This document shows positions 42,260 to 52,105 of a DNA stretch of 64,000 nt, in pieces. The DNA lies in assembly GCA_963666215.2 (NCBI GenBank), contig CAXWPL010000005.1:608001-672000 (forward strand). Reading direction: 5' to 3'. Position 1 is the stretch's first letter, and every line of letters begins with the position of its first letter. The translations under genes and the position numbers were made by a program. This stretch comes from Acidobacteriota bacterium (lineage in GTDB: Bacteria > Acidobacteriota > UBA890 > WLXD01). The notes under the pieces are model-generated. The model ran no database searches and was not told the DNA's origin. It saw only the letters and a program-made list of their open reading frames with translations.

Positions 42260-42931
42260 CTAGTCACGCTCGCCTTGCGGCTCGTCGGCGAAACTCAGCG
42301 CGAATCGGCTCTCGCCTTGCTCGCCGGCGACGACACCCAGACGCACGGCCATCTCGCCACGCTCGTCGAACAGCTCGAGCGTAGGCTGCTGAGGCTCGAG
42401 GCCGAGTCGTAGACGTGTCCCACCCGCTCCATCATAGAGCTCGAGTCGAGCGCCGTCTGCGGCGCCCATCAACATGCCTCGCACCCCGCCGTGCTCATCG
42501 ATCAGTCCTAGCATCGGACCGAACCGATCGCTCACGCCGAGAACAATGCGCACCCGTCCCTCGCTGTCGGACACCACGAGGCGCTCAACCGTCAACTCGT
42601 TGCCGGCGTCCGGCACAGGGGTCGGTCGCGGCTGTGGCCGCGGCAGTGTGGAGTTTCCTTGACCTCGGTACTCGACGTTCTGCAATCGGGAGCGCAACGA
42701 CTCAACCTCGCGACTCAGCCGATCGGACTCGAACTCGAGCTTGAACCTGACGCTGTTGAGCTCCTGTTGCAGCCGACTCAGCGCGAACGAGTCCTGCGCC
42801 ACGGTCGACGCGGGAGAAGCCGCGAGACCGCCTGCCACACCCACCAGCAGGGTCACGGCGAAACCCGCGACGAGTCTCCCGCGCAATCCGTTGACGACGT
42901 TTCTCGTGGGGCGAAGCTCGGCCGCGCTCAC
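42260..42931 (-). CDS. Hypothetical exported protein: coiled coil plus tandem beta repeats
   Basis: Signal/TM, heptad region, four repeats of type LxLxDxxGxxRxxL; GTGA-coupled to the DUF72 gene. Confidence 0.7.
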   Translation of the reverse strand: MSAAELRPTRNVVNGLRGRLVAGFAVTLLVGVAGGLAASPASTVAQDSFALSRLQQELNSVRFKLEFESDRLSREVESLRSRLQNVEYRGQGNSTLPRPQPRPTPVPDAGNELTVERLVVSDSEGRVRIVLGVSDRFGPMLGLIDEHGGVRGMLMGAADGARLELYDGAGGTRLRLGLEPQQPTLELFDERGEMAVRLGVVAGEQGESRFALSFADEPQGERD

Positions 42932-43626
42932 TGGCTCGCAGCCTCCAAAAAGCGCGCCGCCATCCGTGGGCCGGCGCCTTCGTCCTCGTGCTTGAAGAAC
43001 ACGAACGCCCTCGACCAGGTTTGTCCTCGTACGCGATCGACCCAGGCGTCAAGATCCGCGTCTTCGTAGGCATCGCGGCGAAGGCGCAGGTAGCCCCAGG
43101 TTGCCGTCGAAACGAACGGCACCTCCACCTTGCCGCCGTCGGCGACGACGAGCGCTGCATCGTGATCAGCAAGAAGCGCGTAGGTCTCGTCGTCAAACCA
43201 AGACGTGTTGCGGAACTCGAAGGCCGCACGAGTGCCCGCCGGCAGGAGCTCGAGGAACGCCCCGAGGCGCGCGACGTCTTTCTTGAGATACGGCGGAAGC
43301 TGAAACAGGTGCGCTCCGAGACGGTCGCCGAGCACGGCCGTCGTCTGCAGCAGATGACGCAACGTATCGTCAACGTCTTCGAGCTTGCCGAAGTGTGTGA
43401 TTCGGCGGCTTGCCTTGAGCACAAAGCTGAACGGCTCCGAGGTCTGCTCGAGCCAGCCGGCGAGCATCTTCTCGGAAGGCAGACGGTAGAACGTGTTGTT
43501 GATCTCGACACAAGGCAGTTGGCTCGAGTAGTACGAAAGCATCTGCTTCTGAGGCAAATCGTCCGGGTAGAAATGTCCTTTCCACGCGGGGTAGGAGTAG
43601 CCGCTCGTTCCTGCTCTGATCTCCAT
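42928..43626 (-). CDS. DUF72 (YecE-like) protein
   Basis: GTSGYSYPAWKGHFYP, VEINNTFY, LFQLPP, FEFRNTSW, YLRLR, FFKHE. Confidence 0.92.
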   Translation of the reverse strand: MEIRAGTSGYSYPAWKGHFYPDDLPQKQMLSYYSSQLPCVEINNTFYRLPSEKMLAGWLEQTSEPFSFVLKASRRITHFGKLEDVDDTLRHLLQTTAVLGDRLGAHLFQLPPYLKKDVARLGAFLELLPAGTRAAFEFRNTSWFDDETYALLADHDAALVVADGGKVEVPFVSTATWGYLRLRRDAYEDADLDAWVDRVRGQTWSRAFVFFKHEDEGAGPRMAARFLEAASQ

Positions 43627-43907
43627 GTTCAGCTCCCATCTGGTCGACAACCGGCTCCCTCCGCGGGGCGTGGTTGCGCGATTTCGACGATACACCGCGG
43701 GCGTCAGGGCAGCGGTGGAGCGGCCGGCCGCGTCGAAAGCGTGTGGCCGGCGCGTCACATCATGGCTGGAGATCGGAGATCATCACGATCGAGCTCGAAG
43801 GCGACGATTTATCGCAACCAAAAGCCCGCGCGCTGCGTCATAGTGAACAGGTGGCGACGGACCGTGAGCCCGCGCCAACAACCCCATCTATTGCGGCAGG
43901 CGATGAA

Positions 43908-44474
43908 ATGACACAACACCGGCTTCAAACGCTCTCGTTCTTGACGGTGACCGCGATCCTCGTCGCTCCCGCATCCGCGTTGCCGGCCTACAACAGCATC
44001 GACCGATTGGACCTGTCAATCGCTTGTAGCGACCGGATGGTGCAGGTGATGGAGCACGAGGTGGAGATCGCCCACATCGAGCTCGTCGCGAATTCTGAGG
44101 CTCTCGCCCGGCTGGCCCGAATCGACCTGTTGCCGCAAAGAGATCGGCTGCGGAACGAGGGGCGGCGCCTGGCGGAACGTCACGTGGCGGAAGCACGACT
44201 GGCCATCTCGAGCTTGCCCGAGCTCCAACGGCTGCGCAACACCCGGGAATCGCGACAGCAAGCTCTCGTCCTGACCCATCGAGGACGGATCGAGCGCCAG
44301 CAGGGGTTCGCGCAATGCCTCGTCGACCAGCGGCCAACCTCGGCGCTGGGGCAAATGGCTCAGCACGTCGCGCACGCCTTCACGGCCCCGATTCCACAGG
44401 TACGAGCGTTTGCCGGCGGTATTGCGCAGGCTGTCTCGGGCGTAGCTCGCGGCTTCGCACGCCTGCTCGGCTAA
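43908..44474 (+). CDS. Hypothetical secreted helical protein
   Basis: MTQHRLQTLSFLTVTAILVAPASA signal; two Cys; fills the gap between flanking genes. Confidence 0.6.
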   Translation: MTQHRLQTLSFLTVTAILVAPASALPAYNSIDRLDLSIACSDRMVQVMEHEVEIAHIELVANSEALARLARIDLLPQRDRLRNEGRRLAERHVAEARLAISSLPELQRLRNTRESRQQALVLTHRGRIERQQGFAQCLVDQRPTSALGQMAQHVAHAFTAPIPQVRAFAGGIAQAVSGVARGFARLLG

Positions 44475-44530
44475 GGTCTGAGCGACTGGGCGACTGGCAC
44501 CATCCTCCGGCGCCGCTTGCAAGGCTGACC

Positions 44531-47095
44531 TCAGGCGCCAGGCTCGCCTTCACGCCGCGCGCTCGGCTCCGACGCATCAACCTTGACGACGCGGACCGAC
44601 ACGACGTCGCCAGGCTGCAGGCGCGCCAGAGCCCGGTGACCGGCAACAACGATGCCCACCACCGCGGCAGCGTTGGTATCGACCGACTTGGCGTTGCCGA
44701 GCACCCACTCCCTGCCGCCGGCATCGCGCCGCGCGGAGCTCATCGCCATCGTGGTCGGCGGCTGCGGCTGCGCCAGCCCGAGACCCTGCGGGCCATTCCC
44801 GCCGCGATCGGTCGACACGGGCAGCGACTCCGCGGCGATCGCCGCCAGACCCGGCGGTAGCTCTTCGCTGCGCAGCAATGGCACACCGGCCGATAGGTCC
44901 CAACGAAGCGATGTCTGCCGGCCAACGCCTGCCTCGACGGCCAACGTCGACTGCGCCGCGACATCGAGCCATTCGAGCAGCGCCGTGACCGTCAGCGGGG
45001 CCCAGGCAGGCCTCAGCTCCAGGACCACCTCGCCCCGTGGGGTGGCCAAAGCGAGCTCGAGCGGTTGTGCCGACCAGCTTTGCAGACGTTCGGCAATGCC
45101 TCTGTAGTCGGCCGCGCTGCGCCCAGTCTCCGAGCCGGATGCGGCGAATGCGAAGTCGCGCGCCACTCCCGTCGGCTCACCTTGTGGCAGGCGCGTCGAG
45201 GAGTCGGCACCAGCCAGCGCTCGGAGGGCCCACAGCCTGACGACGCGCTCCGGATCGCGCAGGAGGATCTGCGCCCGCAGGGCGAACAGCCCGGGGTCGG
45301 CGCGACTCAGCGTCTCGAGTAGTGCCAGCCGGGGTGACAGATGGCCCGCCGCGCGATTGGCCAACTGCAGACGCCAGAGAGCCTGACCCCAGCCATCGCC
45401 TCCGGCGAGCTGCGGCAGGCGCGCGCTGCGCGACAGCGACGCAAGGGCCTCCCCGGCCGCAGCACGAACGGCCGGATTGGCCGATTCGAGCGCCACCAGC
45501 GCGGCGGCGACAGCACTCGACGGCTCCAGCTCGATCCAGGCGCGGATGGCGGCGGCACGCACATGCGCAGACACGGGGCTCAACCGAGAATCCGACGGCG
45601 GCGATGCGACTGAACGCGGCGGAACGATGGCCCCCAGGGCGGCATCAGGCTGCGACGGCAACGCATCGAGCGCGAGCTGCCGTATCCAGGCGCGTGCCGC
45701 GTCGCTGTCGGAGCCGTGGGTCGAGCTAACCAGCCGCATCACGGCCTGCGCCTCCAGCGACGAGCCGATGCGCTCGGGCGCATGTTCGTAGTTGTCGAGC
45801 ACCCAAGCCAGTGCGCGGCTGCGGGAACCCGGATTGGAAGCCGCGAGTTGCTGGAGTGCAGCAGCCCGCACGGAGCTCTCTTCCTCTTCCAGCGCGTCCA
45901 CCAACCGGTCGATCGCCACCGAGCGGCTGCCACCAAGCGCTCCAAGCGCCCCAAGAGCCGCGCGACGCACCGTGAGATCACGATCCAGCGATCGCCGCAG
46001 CACGCTCGTCACCGCGTTGCTGTTGATCTCGATGGCCCCGCCGGCAGTTTCGGGCTCAACAGCAACCCGCCACGCCTCGCGGATCCAGTCGAGCGCATTC
46101 ACCACGACGTCGACATCGCGATCCGCGAGCATGCGAATCGCGTGGACCTGCGCCACGCTGAGCGGGGCGGACCTCAATCCCGCCAGCGCGGCCGCGCGAA
46201 CCGCCGGGTCGGAGTCGTCGAGCAGCGGCAGCAGCGGAGGCTGGGCATTCGGATCGCGCAACGAGGCCAACGCCTGGGCCGCGGCGAGCCGCACCCGGCC
46301 CTCCGGAGCCCCGGTGAACGCCATGATCAGCCGCGGTTGGGCACCGGGAAGAGTGGCGTAGGCGGCCAACGCCATCTCCGTCGCCACGGCGGCGTGGGCA
46401 TCGGCCACGGTGCTGGCTGCGCGCTCGGTGAGAAAGCTCCCGAGCGCGGTCGCTGCTTCCGCGCCGCCAATGCGGCCGAGGGCCGCGGCGGCCATGGCGC
46501 GGGGCGAGAGAAGCCCGGTTTCGGAGCTGACGGGTGCCGCGAGAATGGCAGACAGCGCCGCGACGGCGGGGTCAGAGCCTCTCGCGCCATCGTCGAGATC
46601 GTACTCGAGAGCTCCGAGGCCGAAGGCAGCGAGCGCCCGAACCCCTTCGGCAGAATCCGCGACGAGGCTCAACAGCGGCTCGAGGCCCGCCGGATGTCCG
46701 ATGCGGCCGATCGCCAGCGCTACCCGCCCGCGTAACTCTGCGGAGGTTGATGCCGCCAACGCCAGCAGCTCCGCACTGAGCTCGCGGCGATCCTCGGCCT
46801 CCAGAATGATCGCCGCCTCGTCGGTGCCGTCGGGCAATCCGAATAGCGCCTGCCGGGTGGGCCGAGTCGTTGATTGGCTGATGAACCACCCCGACAGCGC
46901 GGCCCTGGGATTCCCGGCGGCACGGGCGGCAACACTCGACCGTGCGGTACCGGGCGACGCTGCCGCCAGGAGCCCGATCGTCACTCCGAGCACTTGCCAC
47001 GATCGCCGCCACACGGCGGCGGCTGCAGGCGTGCTACTCCGTAGCTCGCAGCGAGCCGGACAGTGGGGCGAGGAGTCGAACGCGGCAGACATCAC
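44531..47095 (-). CDS. HEAT-repeat protein with degenerate C-terminal cyclophilin-like domain
   Basis: Repeats such as VRALAAFGLG and DSDPAVRAAAL; C-terminal TPRGEVVLELRPAWAPLTV, MAMSSARRDAGGREW, LQPGDVV. Confidence 0.8.
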   Translation of the reverse strand: MMSAAFDSSPHCPARCELRSSTPAAAAVWRRSWQVLGVTIGLLAAASPGTARSSVAARAAGNPRAALSGWFISQSTTRPTRQALFGLPDGTDEAAIILEAEDRRELSAELLALAASTSAELRGRVALAIGRIGHPAGLEPLLSLVADSAEGVRALAAFGLGALEYDLDDGARGSDPAVAALSAILAAPVSSETGLLSPRAMAAAALGRIGGAEAATALGSFLTERAASTVADAHAAVATEMALAAYATLPGAQPRLIMAFTGAPEGRVRLAAAQALASLRDPNAQPPLLPLLDDSDPAVRAAALAGLRSAPLSVAQVHAIRMLADRDVDVVVNALDWIREAWRVAVEPETAGGAIEINSNAVTSVLRRSLDRDLTVRRAALGALGALGGSRSVAIDRLVDALEEEESSVRAAALQQLAASNPGSRSRALAWVLDNYEHAPERIGSSLEAQAVMRLVSSTHGSDSDAARAWIRQLALDALPSQPDAALGAIVPPRSVASPPSDSRLSPVSAHVRAAAIRAWIELEPSSAVAAALVALESANPAVRAAAGEALASLSRSARLPQLAGGDGWGQALWRLQLANRAAGHLSPRLALLETLSRADPGLFALRAQILLRDPERVVRLWALRALAGADSSTRLPQGEPTGVARDFAFAASGSETGRSAADYRGIAERLQSWSAQPLELALATPRGEVVLELRPAWAPLTVTALLEWLDVAAQSTLAVEAGVGRQTSLRWDLSAGVPLLRSEELPPGLAAIAAESLPVSTDRGGNGPQGLGLAQPQPPTTMAMSSARRDAGGREWVLGNAKSVDTNAAAVVGIVVAGHRALARLQPGDVVSVRVVKVDASEPSARREGEPGA

Positions 47096-47252
47096 GTCGC
47101 CACGATGCCATCCGCGCGGCTCCGCTGCCTAGCAACGCTACGTCGGCGAACCATTTCTCCGAGAGCGCTGCCGCATCTGTCGCGGCCGCCAGGCTGCCAC
47201 GGTTCCAACTCTCGAAGGCCTGGGGCCGGAGATCGCCCTGCCCCATGTTCCG

Positions 47253-48086
47253 CTACAACGACCAGTCGCCCATCAGGTGGTCGCGCAGCCTCGCCGCCAT
47301 CTTCGCGGCGTCACCTCGGGCCCCGCTGCCGGCCTCCGGCAGCAACCGACCGTCGACCCGCGCCACTGGAAGCACTCCAATCAGACTGTTCGCGAGAAAC
47401 GCTGCCTGCACTCGCGAGAGGCTGGACAGCGGCACCGGAGCCTCGGCCACCGCGCCAGCCTCCACTAGGCGTCCGCGAACCGTTCCGGCAAGGCAACCGT
47501 CGGACTCGGGTGGCGTCACCATTCGATTGTCGAGTTGCACCACCAGGCTGCTGCGCGTCCCCTCGACGAGCCGCTCCTTCTCGTTGACCAGCAGCGCATC
47601 GAAAGCGCCCGCTGCCCGCGCCGCCGACGAGGCGATGATGTACGCCTGGTACGACGTGCTCTTCAGGCCCACCAGTGGGCCGCGGCTGCAGGTTCGCCAA
47701 TCATTGGCGACGACCACATCAACGCCTTCGACGTAGGCCTCCGGCTGTGGTGAGACGTACGGGAGCGCGGTGATCAGACGCGTCGGTGCACCGCCAACGC
47801 TGCCTCGCGTAATCGTGACGCGCAGGCGCGCAATCGGGCGCGGTGCGTTGGAGGCGACCCGTTCGATCGGTCCGGCAAGGCTACCCACCGACTCCGGCAG
47901 CTGCAGCTGCAGTCGTTGCAGCCCGCGCTCGAGGCGGGCGAGGTGTCGCTCAACCTCGAGAGCACGGCCGAGCTCAACACGCAGAGTCTCGAAAAGGCCG
48001 TCGCCGTAAAGCAGGCCGCCGTCGCTGACGTCGATCGCCACCAAACTGGCTTCCAGAAAACGCCCGTTCCAGTAGACCGTGGTCAT
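47253..48086 (-). CDS. pabC: Class IV aminotransferase / 4-amino-4-deoxychorismate lyase
   Basis: GLLYGDGLFETLR, LKSTSY, EGTRSS, CLAGTVR, NSLIGVLPV; ATGA-coupled to pabB. Confidence 0.8.
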   Translation of the reverse strand: MTTVYWNGRFLEASLVAIDVSDGGLLYGDGLFETLRVELGRALEVERHLARLERGLQRLQLQLPESVGSLAGPIERVASNAPRPIARLRVTITRGSVGGAPTRLITALPYVSPQPEAYVEGVDVVVANDWRTCSRGPLVGLKSTSYQAYIIASSAARAAGAFDALLVNEKERLVEGTRSSLVVQLDNRMVTPPESDGCLAGTVRGRLVEAGAVAEAPVPLSSLSRVQAAFLANSLIGVLPVARVDGRLLPEAGSGARGDAAKMAARLRDHLMGDWSL

Positions 48087-49765
48087 GCCTCGACACACTC
48101 CAGGGCGCGGACAAACGCCAGGGCTTTGTGTTCCGACTCCTCGAGCTCGGAATCCGGATCGGAGTCGGCCACAATGCCACAACCGGCGTGATAAACGAGG
48201 CGTTCGCCGGCCACCGCGGCAGTACGAATCGCCACCGACAGCTCAACGTCGCCACCGAGATCGATCCAGCCAATCGCCCCCATCGCCGGACCACGGCGAC
48301 GCTCTTCTTCGCGCGCCGCGACGTTGATGGCCTCGATCTTCGGCGCCCCGGTGATCGACCCTGGCGGAAACGTGGCGCGCAGCAGCTCAACGGGGCCGAC
48401 GTCCGCGCGCAGCCGCCCCTGCACAACGGATTCGGTATGCAACAGCGTCGGCAACCGCAGCAGACGGGCGTGATCGACCACACGGACTGTACCCGTGCGG
48501 CAAACCCGCCCCAGGTCGTTGCGCACCAGATCGACAATCATCGCCAGCTCGGCACGATCCTTGGCGCTCGTCATGAGGGCCTGCGCGGCCGCAAGATCCT
48601 CGGCCTCGCCACCCGTTCGCCGTCGGGTGCCCTTGATCGGACGGCTCTCTACGACGCCGCGGCGACAGCTCAGGAAACACTCGGGGCTCATCGACAATAC
48701 GGCTCCCCTGCCCCGTGGGTCCTGCGGCCCCTCCGAGCCGTCGAGCTCGATATATGCGCCGTAAGCAGCCGGGTTCGACGAACGCATCTGCGTGTACAAC
48801 GACCATTCGTCGCCACGCGACAGCCTGCCCTCGAGCCGCCTGCAGAGGTTGGTTTGAAAGATCTCGCCAACGTGGATCCGGCGCACCGTTCGACGCACGG
48901 CGGCGCGGTACCCCGCCTCGTCCGGGAAGCTCCGCAGCGTCGGCCGGCGGTTCGCGATGCCGCGAGTCTCCGCGGCGGGAGGTAAGGAGGAAGGCAGCGC
49001 TGTCGCGCGAGAAGTCGCGGACGGAGCGCGTGTCGCGAACCTGGAGGACGGAGCGAGTGGAGCTGGCGTGGCGGGCGTGGCGGGCGTCGCGGATAACGCG
49101 GGCTTGGCGGAAGAGCCCGAGGCGCCGGCCATCAGATCAGTCTCCCAGGCGGCTGCCAGATCCTCGAGTTGAGCCCTCCCAATCCAGCCGTGCGCCGCGC
49201 ACAGTGTCCAGCCCTCTACGTCGAGCTCGAGCCAGCGATCATAGAGCGCCACATGCATGTCGGGCAGCGGCAAATCCGCAGCCGCGAAGGGCTCGAGCTC
49301 CTCGATCTCGGCCGCGAGCTCGTACCCCAAAAAGCCCGCCAACCGTGCCCCGGTATCGGACCAACCGCGCGCCAGTGTCGCCAAGACGGCAAACGCGCCG
49401 GCGTCGATCGTGGTAGCTCGACCCGCGCCAACGAGCTCGACCCGGCCCGGCGCGCCCGCTTGTACACGCAGGAGCAACAGCGGATCGAAAAAGACCAGAT
49501 GCCGCGGTCGCGCCGCCAGGTCGTCGCCCACGGACGGCGGCTCGATGCCGCCGCCGACATCTCCATCGAGCCAGACCAGTCGGCGACCCGCGCCACGCAG
49601 CAGAGCCGCGGCCTCCTGTGCGCCAACCTCGCCAGCGTCAACGGCTCCGCGGTGGAGCGGGCGCCGCAACGTCCCCGCCGCGGCCTCACGTGGCGGCGGT
49701 AGAAGCTCTCGCAACACCGCGGTGATCTGGCAAACAAGCTCTGGCGAAGGGCTATCGGACCACAC
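48083..49765 (-). CDS. pabB: Aminodeoxychorismate synthase component I
   Basis: GFLGYE, GEIFQTNL, SPECF, SRPIKGTR, KDRAELAMIVDLVRNDLGRV, FPPGSITGAPK. Confidence 0.88.
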   Translation of the reverse strand: MWSDSPSPELVCQITAVLRELLPPPREAAAGTLRRPLHRGAVDAGEVGAQEAAALLRGAGRRLVWLDGDVGGGIEPPSVGDDLAARPRHLVFFDPLLLLRVQAGAPGRVELVGAGRATTIDAGAFAVLATLARGWSDTGARLAGFLGYELAAEIEELEPFAAADLPLPDMHVALYDRWLELDVEGWTLCAAHGWIGRAQLEDLAAAWETDLMAGASGSSAKPALSATPATPATPAPLAPSSRFATRAPSATSRATALPSSLPPAAETRGIANRRPTLRSFPDEAGYRAAVRRTVRRIHVGEIFQTNLCRRLEGRLSRGDEWSLYTQMRSSNPAAYGAYIELDGSEGPQDPRGRGAVLSMSPECFLSCRRGVVESRPIKGTRRRTGGEAEDLAAAQALMTSAKDRAELAMIVDLVRNDLGRVCRTGTVRVVDHARLLRLPTLLHTESVVQGRLRADVGPVELLRATFPPGSITGAPKIEAINVAAREEERRRGPAMGAIGWIDLGGDVELSVAIRTAAVAGERLVYHAGCGIVADSDPDSELEESEHKALAFVRALECVEA

Positions 49766-49768
49766 GGC

Positions 49769-50332
49769 TCACCCGAGAAAATTCGCCAACAGAGCGTCGC
49801 CGGCTTCAGTCAGGAATGACTCGGGATGAAACAAGAGACCGTCGATGGGCAGGCCATCCCAACGCACCCCCATCACCACCCCCTCGACGCTGCGAGCGCT
49901 CACTTGCAACGGTGGGCCAAGGCTCGCAGCCTCGACGATCAGCGAGTGGTAGAGCCCGACGTTGATCGGATTCGGTAGGCCGGCGAACAGACCCACGCCA
50001 TCGTGCTCGACGGTGGCCGTCTTGCCATGCATTGGCAGGCCCGAGGGCACCACCCGCGCTCCGGCCGCGGCCGCGATCACCTGCATCCCCAGGCACACGC
50101 CAAGCGTTGGCACAGCCGGACTGACCCGTCTCACCAGCTCATTGCAGATGCCGGTACGCTCTGGCCCGAACGGCCCTGGCGATAACACGATCCGCCGTGG
50201 CGCCAACTCCTGTACGGCACGCAGATCGATCCGATCACACCGATGCACCGCGCAATCAGCCCCCGCCATCTCGAGTGACTGCACCAGGTTCCAGGTGAAC
50301 GAGTCGTAGTTGTCGATGACCAGCGTACGCAT
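49769..50332 (-). CDS. pabA: Aminodeoxychorismate/anthranilate synthase component II (glutamine amidotransferase)
   Basis: IDNYDSFTWNL, SPGP, GVCLG, FHPES. Confidence 0.88.
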   Translation of the reverse strand: MRTLVIDNYDSFTWNLVQSLEMAGADCAVHRCDRIDLRAVQELAPRRIVLSPGPFGPERTGICNELVRRVSPAVPTLGVCLGMQVIAAAAGARVVPSGLPMHGKTATVEHDGVGLFAGLPNPINVGLYHSLIVEAASLGPPLQVSARSVEGVVMGVRWDGLPIDGLLFHPESFLTEAGDALLANFLG

Positions 50333-50604
50333 CACAGGTCCGGCGGAGTCGCGAGAAGCAACCATTGCCCCTCGCGCTTTCAAGCCCGAGTATTGGGGCC
50401 TCGCCACGGACACTGTGGCGGAGCGACACAACGGGCGCGGTGTGAGTGGTGGTCGGAGGCTCGCCTGCGGGTGAAATGACCGTCCTACCAAGCCGCTCCT
50501 TCTAGCCATCCACAACGCCGCACAAGCTCTCGGGCCACGGAGTCTCGCAGCTTGGGCGGGGAAGCTCAACGCACCGACAGGGTGCCACGACCCCGATATG
50601 CCGG

Positions 50605-51909
50605 CTAGATGATCCAGCCCGACGCCAATACCAGCAACACCGCCACGGGAACCACGAAACGCACCCAGAAATACCAGATCCGCAGCCATAGTGGGAGCTC
50701 CGCGCCGCTACTGAGCTGCTGGCGCACCGCCCGGCGACCGAGTCCCCAGGTGAAGGCCGCCATCGCGGCCACACTTCCGGCGGGCTGCATGGTCGAGCCC
50801 CACAGGAGATCGCTCCAAACGATGTAATCGATCGAGAGCATGGCGGGGATTCCGAGCACCGCCAGCGACAACGAAACGGCCCATGCGGCGCGCCGGCGCG
50901 ACATTCCGATCGTGTCGCCGAGTGAGCTCACGAGCACCTCGATGGCGGCAACGCCCGAGAGGAACGCAATGCAGCCCAGGCCGAAGAAGAACAACGCCCC
51001 GAAGAGCGCCCCACCTGTCATCTCTCCAAATGCTGTCGGCAGCACCTCGAACAGCATGGGTGGGCCGCTGGCGAGCGACAGGCCGTAGGCGAAGACCATC
51101 GGTATCACCACCAGCGCCGCGAGCATACTGGCGAGAACGTCGCCACCGGCAGTCATGAGCGCGCGTCGCGGCAACGCCACGTCGTCCGGTAGGTACGAGC
51201 CGTAGATCACCAGGAACGTGCCGCCGAGGCCGAGCGAGAAGAAAGCCTGCCCAACCGCCGCCAGCACCGCTTGGGGCGTCAGCGCCTGCCAGTCGAACGT
51301 CAGCAGGTAGCTGACGCCGGCCCCGGCGCCGGGCAGCGAAAGCGACCAGAGCGCGAGAAGCACCGTGAGGAGGGCAAAAGCGGGAAGGAAGAGCTTGCTG
51401 ATGCTCTCGATCCCCTGGCGAACGCCGCGCGAAACGGTCATCGCGGCGGCGGCCGCGACCAGTATCGAGCAGACCATCTGTATGGCCACAGAGCCTTGCA
51501 CAGTGGCGAAGCTCCCACTGCCCAGCTCGCCGTACCCGGCCAACGCTGAGACCGATATCACGACGAACGCGAGGATCCAGCCGAGCACGACCAGGTAGTA
51601 CGTCATCGCCATCGCCACGGCCACGAACAGGGCCATGCCGACCGATCGTCCTACCGGGAACCCGGCGCGTTCGAAGGCTCCCACAGGGCCACGGCGAGTC
51701 GCACGCCCGAGCGCCAGCTCGGCGAGCATCGCCGGCACCCCGAAGACCACCACAACCAGGAGATAGATCGCCAGAAACGCGCCGCCGCCGAAGCTCCCCA
51801 TCATGTAGGGGAAGCGCCAGAAGTTGCCGAGCCCGATGGCGACCCCCAGCAAGGAGAGCACCATCCCCCACGCCGAGGAGAAGGTTTCTCGATCGTGTTG
51901 CTCTGACAT
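50605..51909 (-). CDS. Sodium-dependent transporter, NSS/SNF family
   Basis: RETFSS, AIGLGNFWRFPY, GGGAFL, GQAFFSLG, YGSY. Confidence 0.93.
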   Translation of the reverse strand: MSEQHDRETFSSAWGMVLSLLGVAIGLGNFWRFPYMMGSFGGGAFLAIYLLVVVVFGVPAMLAELALGRATRRGPVGAFERAGFPVGRSVGMALFVAVAMAMTYYLVVLGWILAFVVISVSALAGYGELGSGSFATVQGSVAIQMVCSILVAAAAAMTVSRGVRQGIESISKLFLPAFALLTVLLALWSLSLPGAGAGVSYLLTFDWQALTPQAVLAAVGQAFFSLGLGGTFLVIYGSYLPDDVALPRRALMTAGGDVLASMLAALVVIPMVFAYGLSLASGPPMLFEVLPTAFGEMTGGALFGALFFFGLGCIAFLSGVAAIEVLVSSLGDTIGMSRRRAAWAVSLSLAVLGIPAMLSIDYIVWSDLLWGSTMQPAGSVAAMAAFTWGLGRRAVRQQLSSGAELPLWLRIWYFWVRFVVPVAVLLVLASGWII

Positions 51910-51970
51910 TGCGGCGTCTTGATGCCTGGAGGCGTTGCGGCCGCCCATTATGGCACGAGAAACGGCTCAG

Positions 51971-52058
51971 ATCGTCCGAATGCCTAATGCTGTCTTTTTA
52001 TGTCCAATGACATTTAGGGTTGTCTAATAGGAGCCGAATTGGCTATATCTTGTCTCCT
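51971..52058 (+). promoter_or_regulatory. AT-rich upstream region with 10-bp-phased TGTCYAAT-like repeats
   Basis: TGCCTAAT 51981, TGTCTTTT 51991, TGTCCAAT 52001, TGTCTAAT 52021, TGTCTCCT 52051. Confidence 0.6.
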
Positions 52059-52105
52059 GAAAGCGCTCAAAACTGTTCGCCCACCCACGCCCAGCCACTT
52101 CGAAT

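Noticed and set aside
49020-49130. Ala/Pro/Thr-rich insert with short 9-bp repeats in pabB
   Set aside because: In-frame low-complexity linker; no intein or mobile-element hallmarks.
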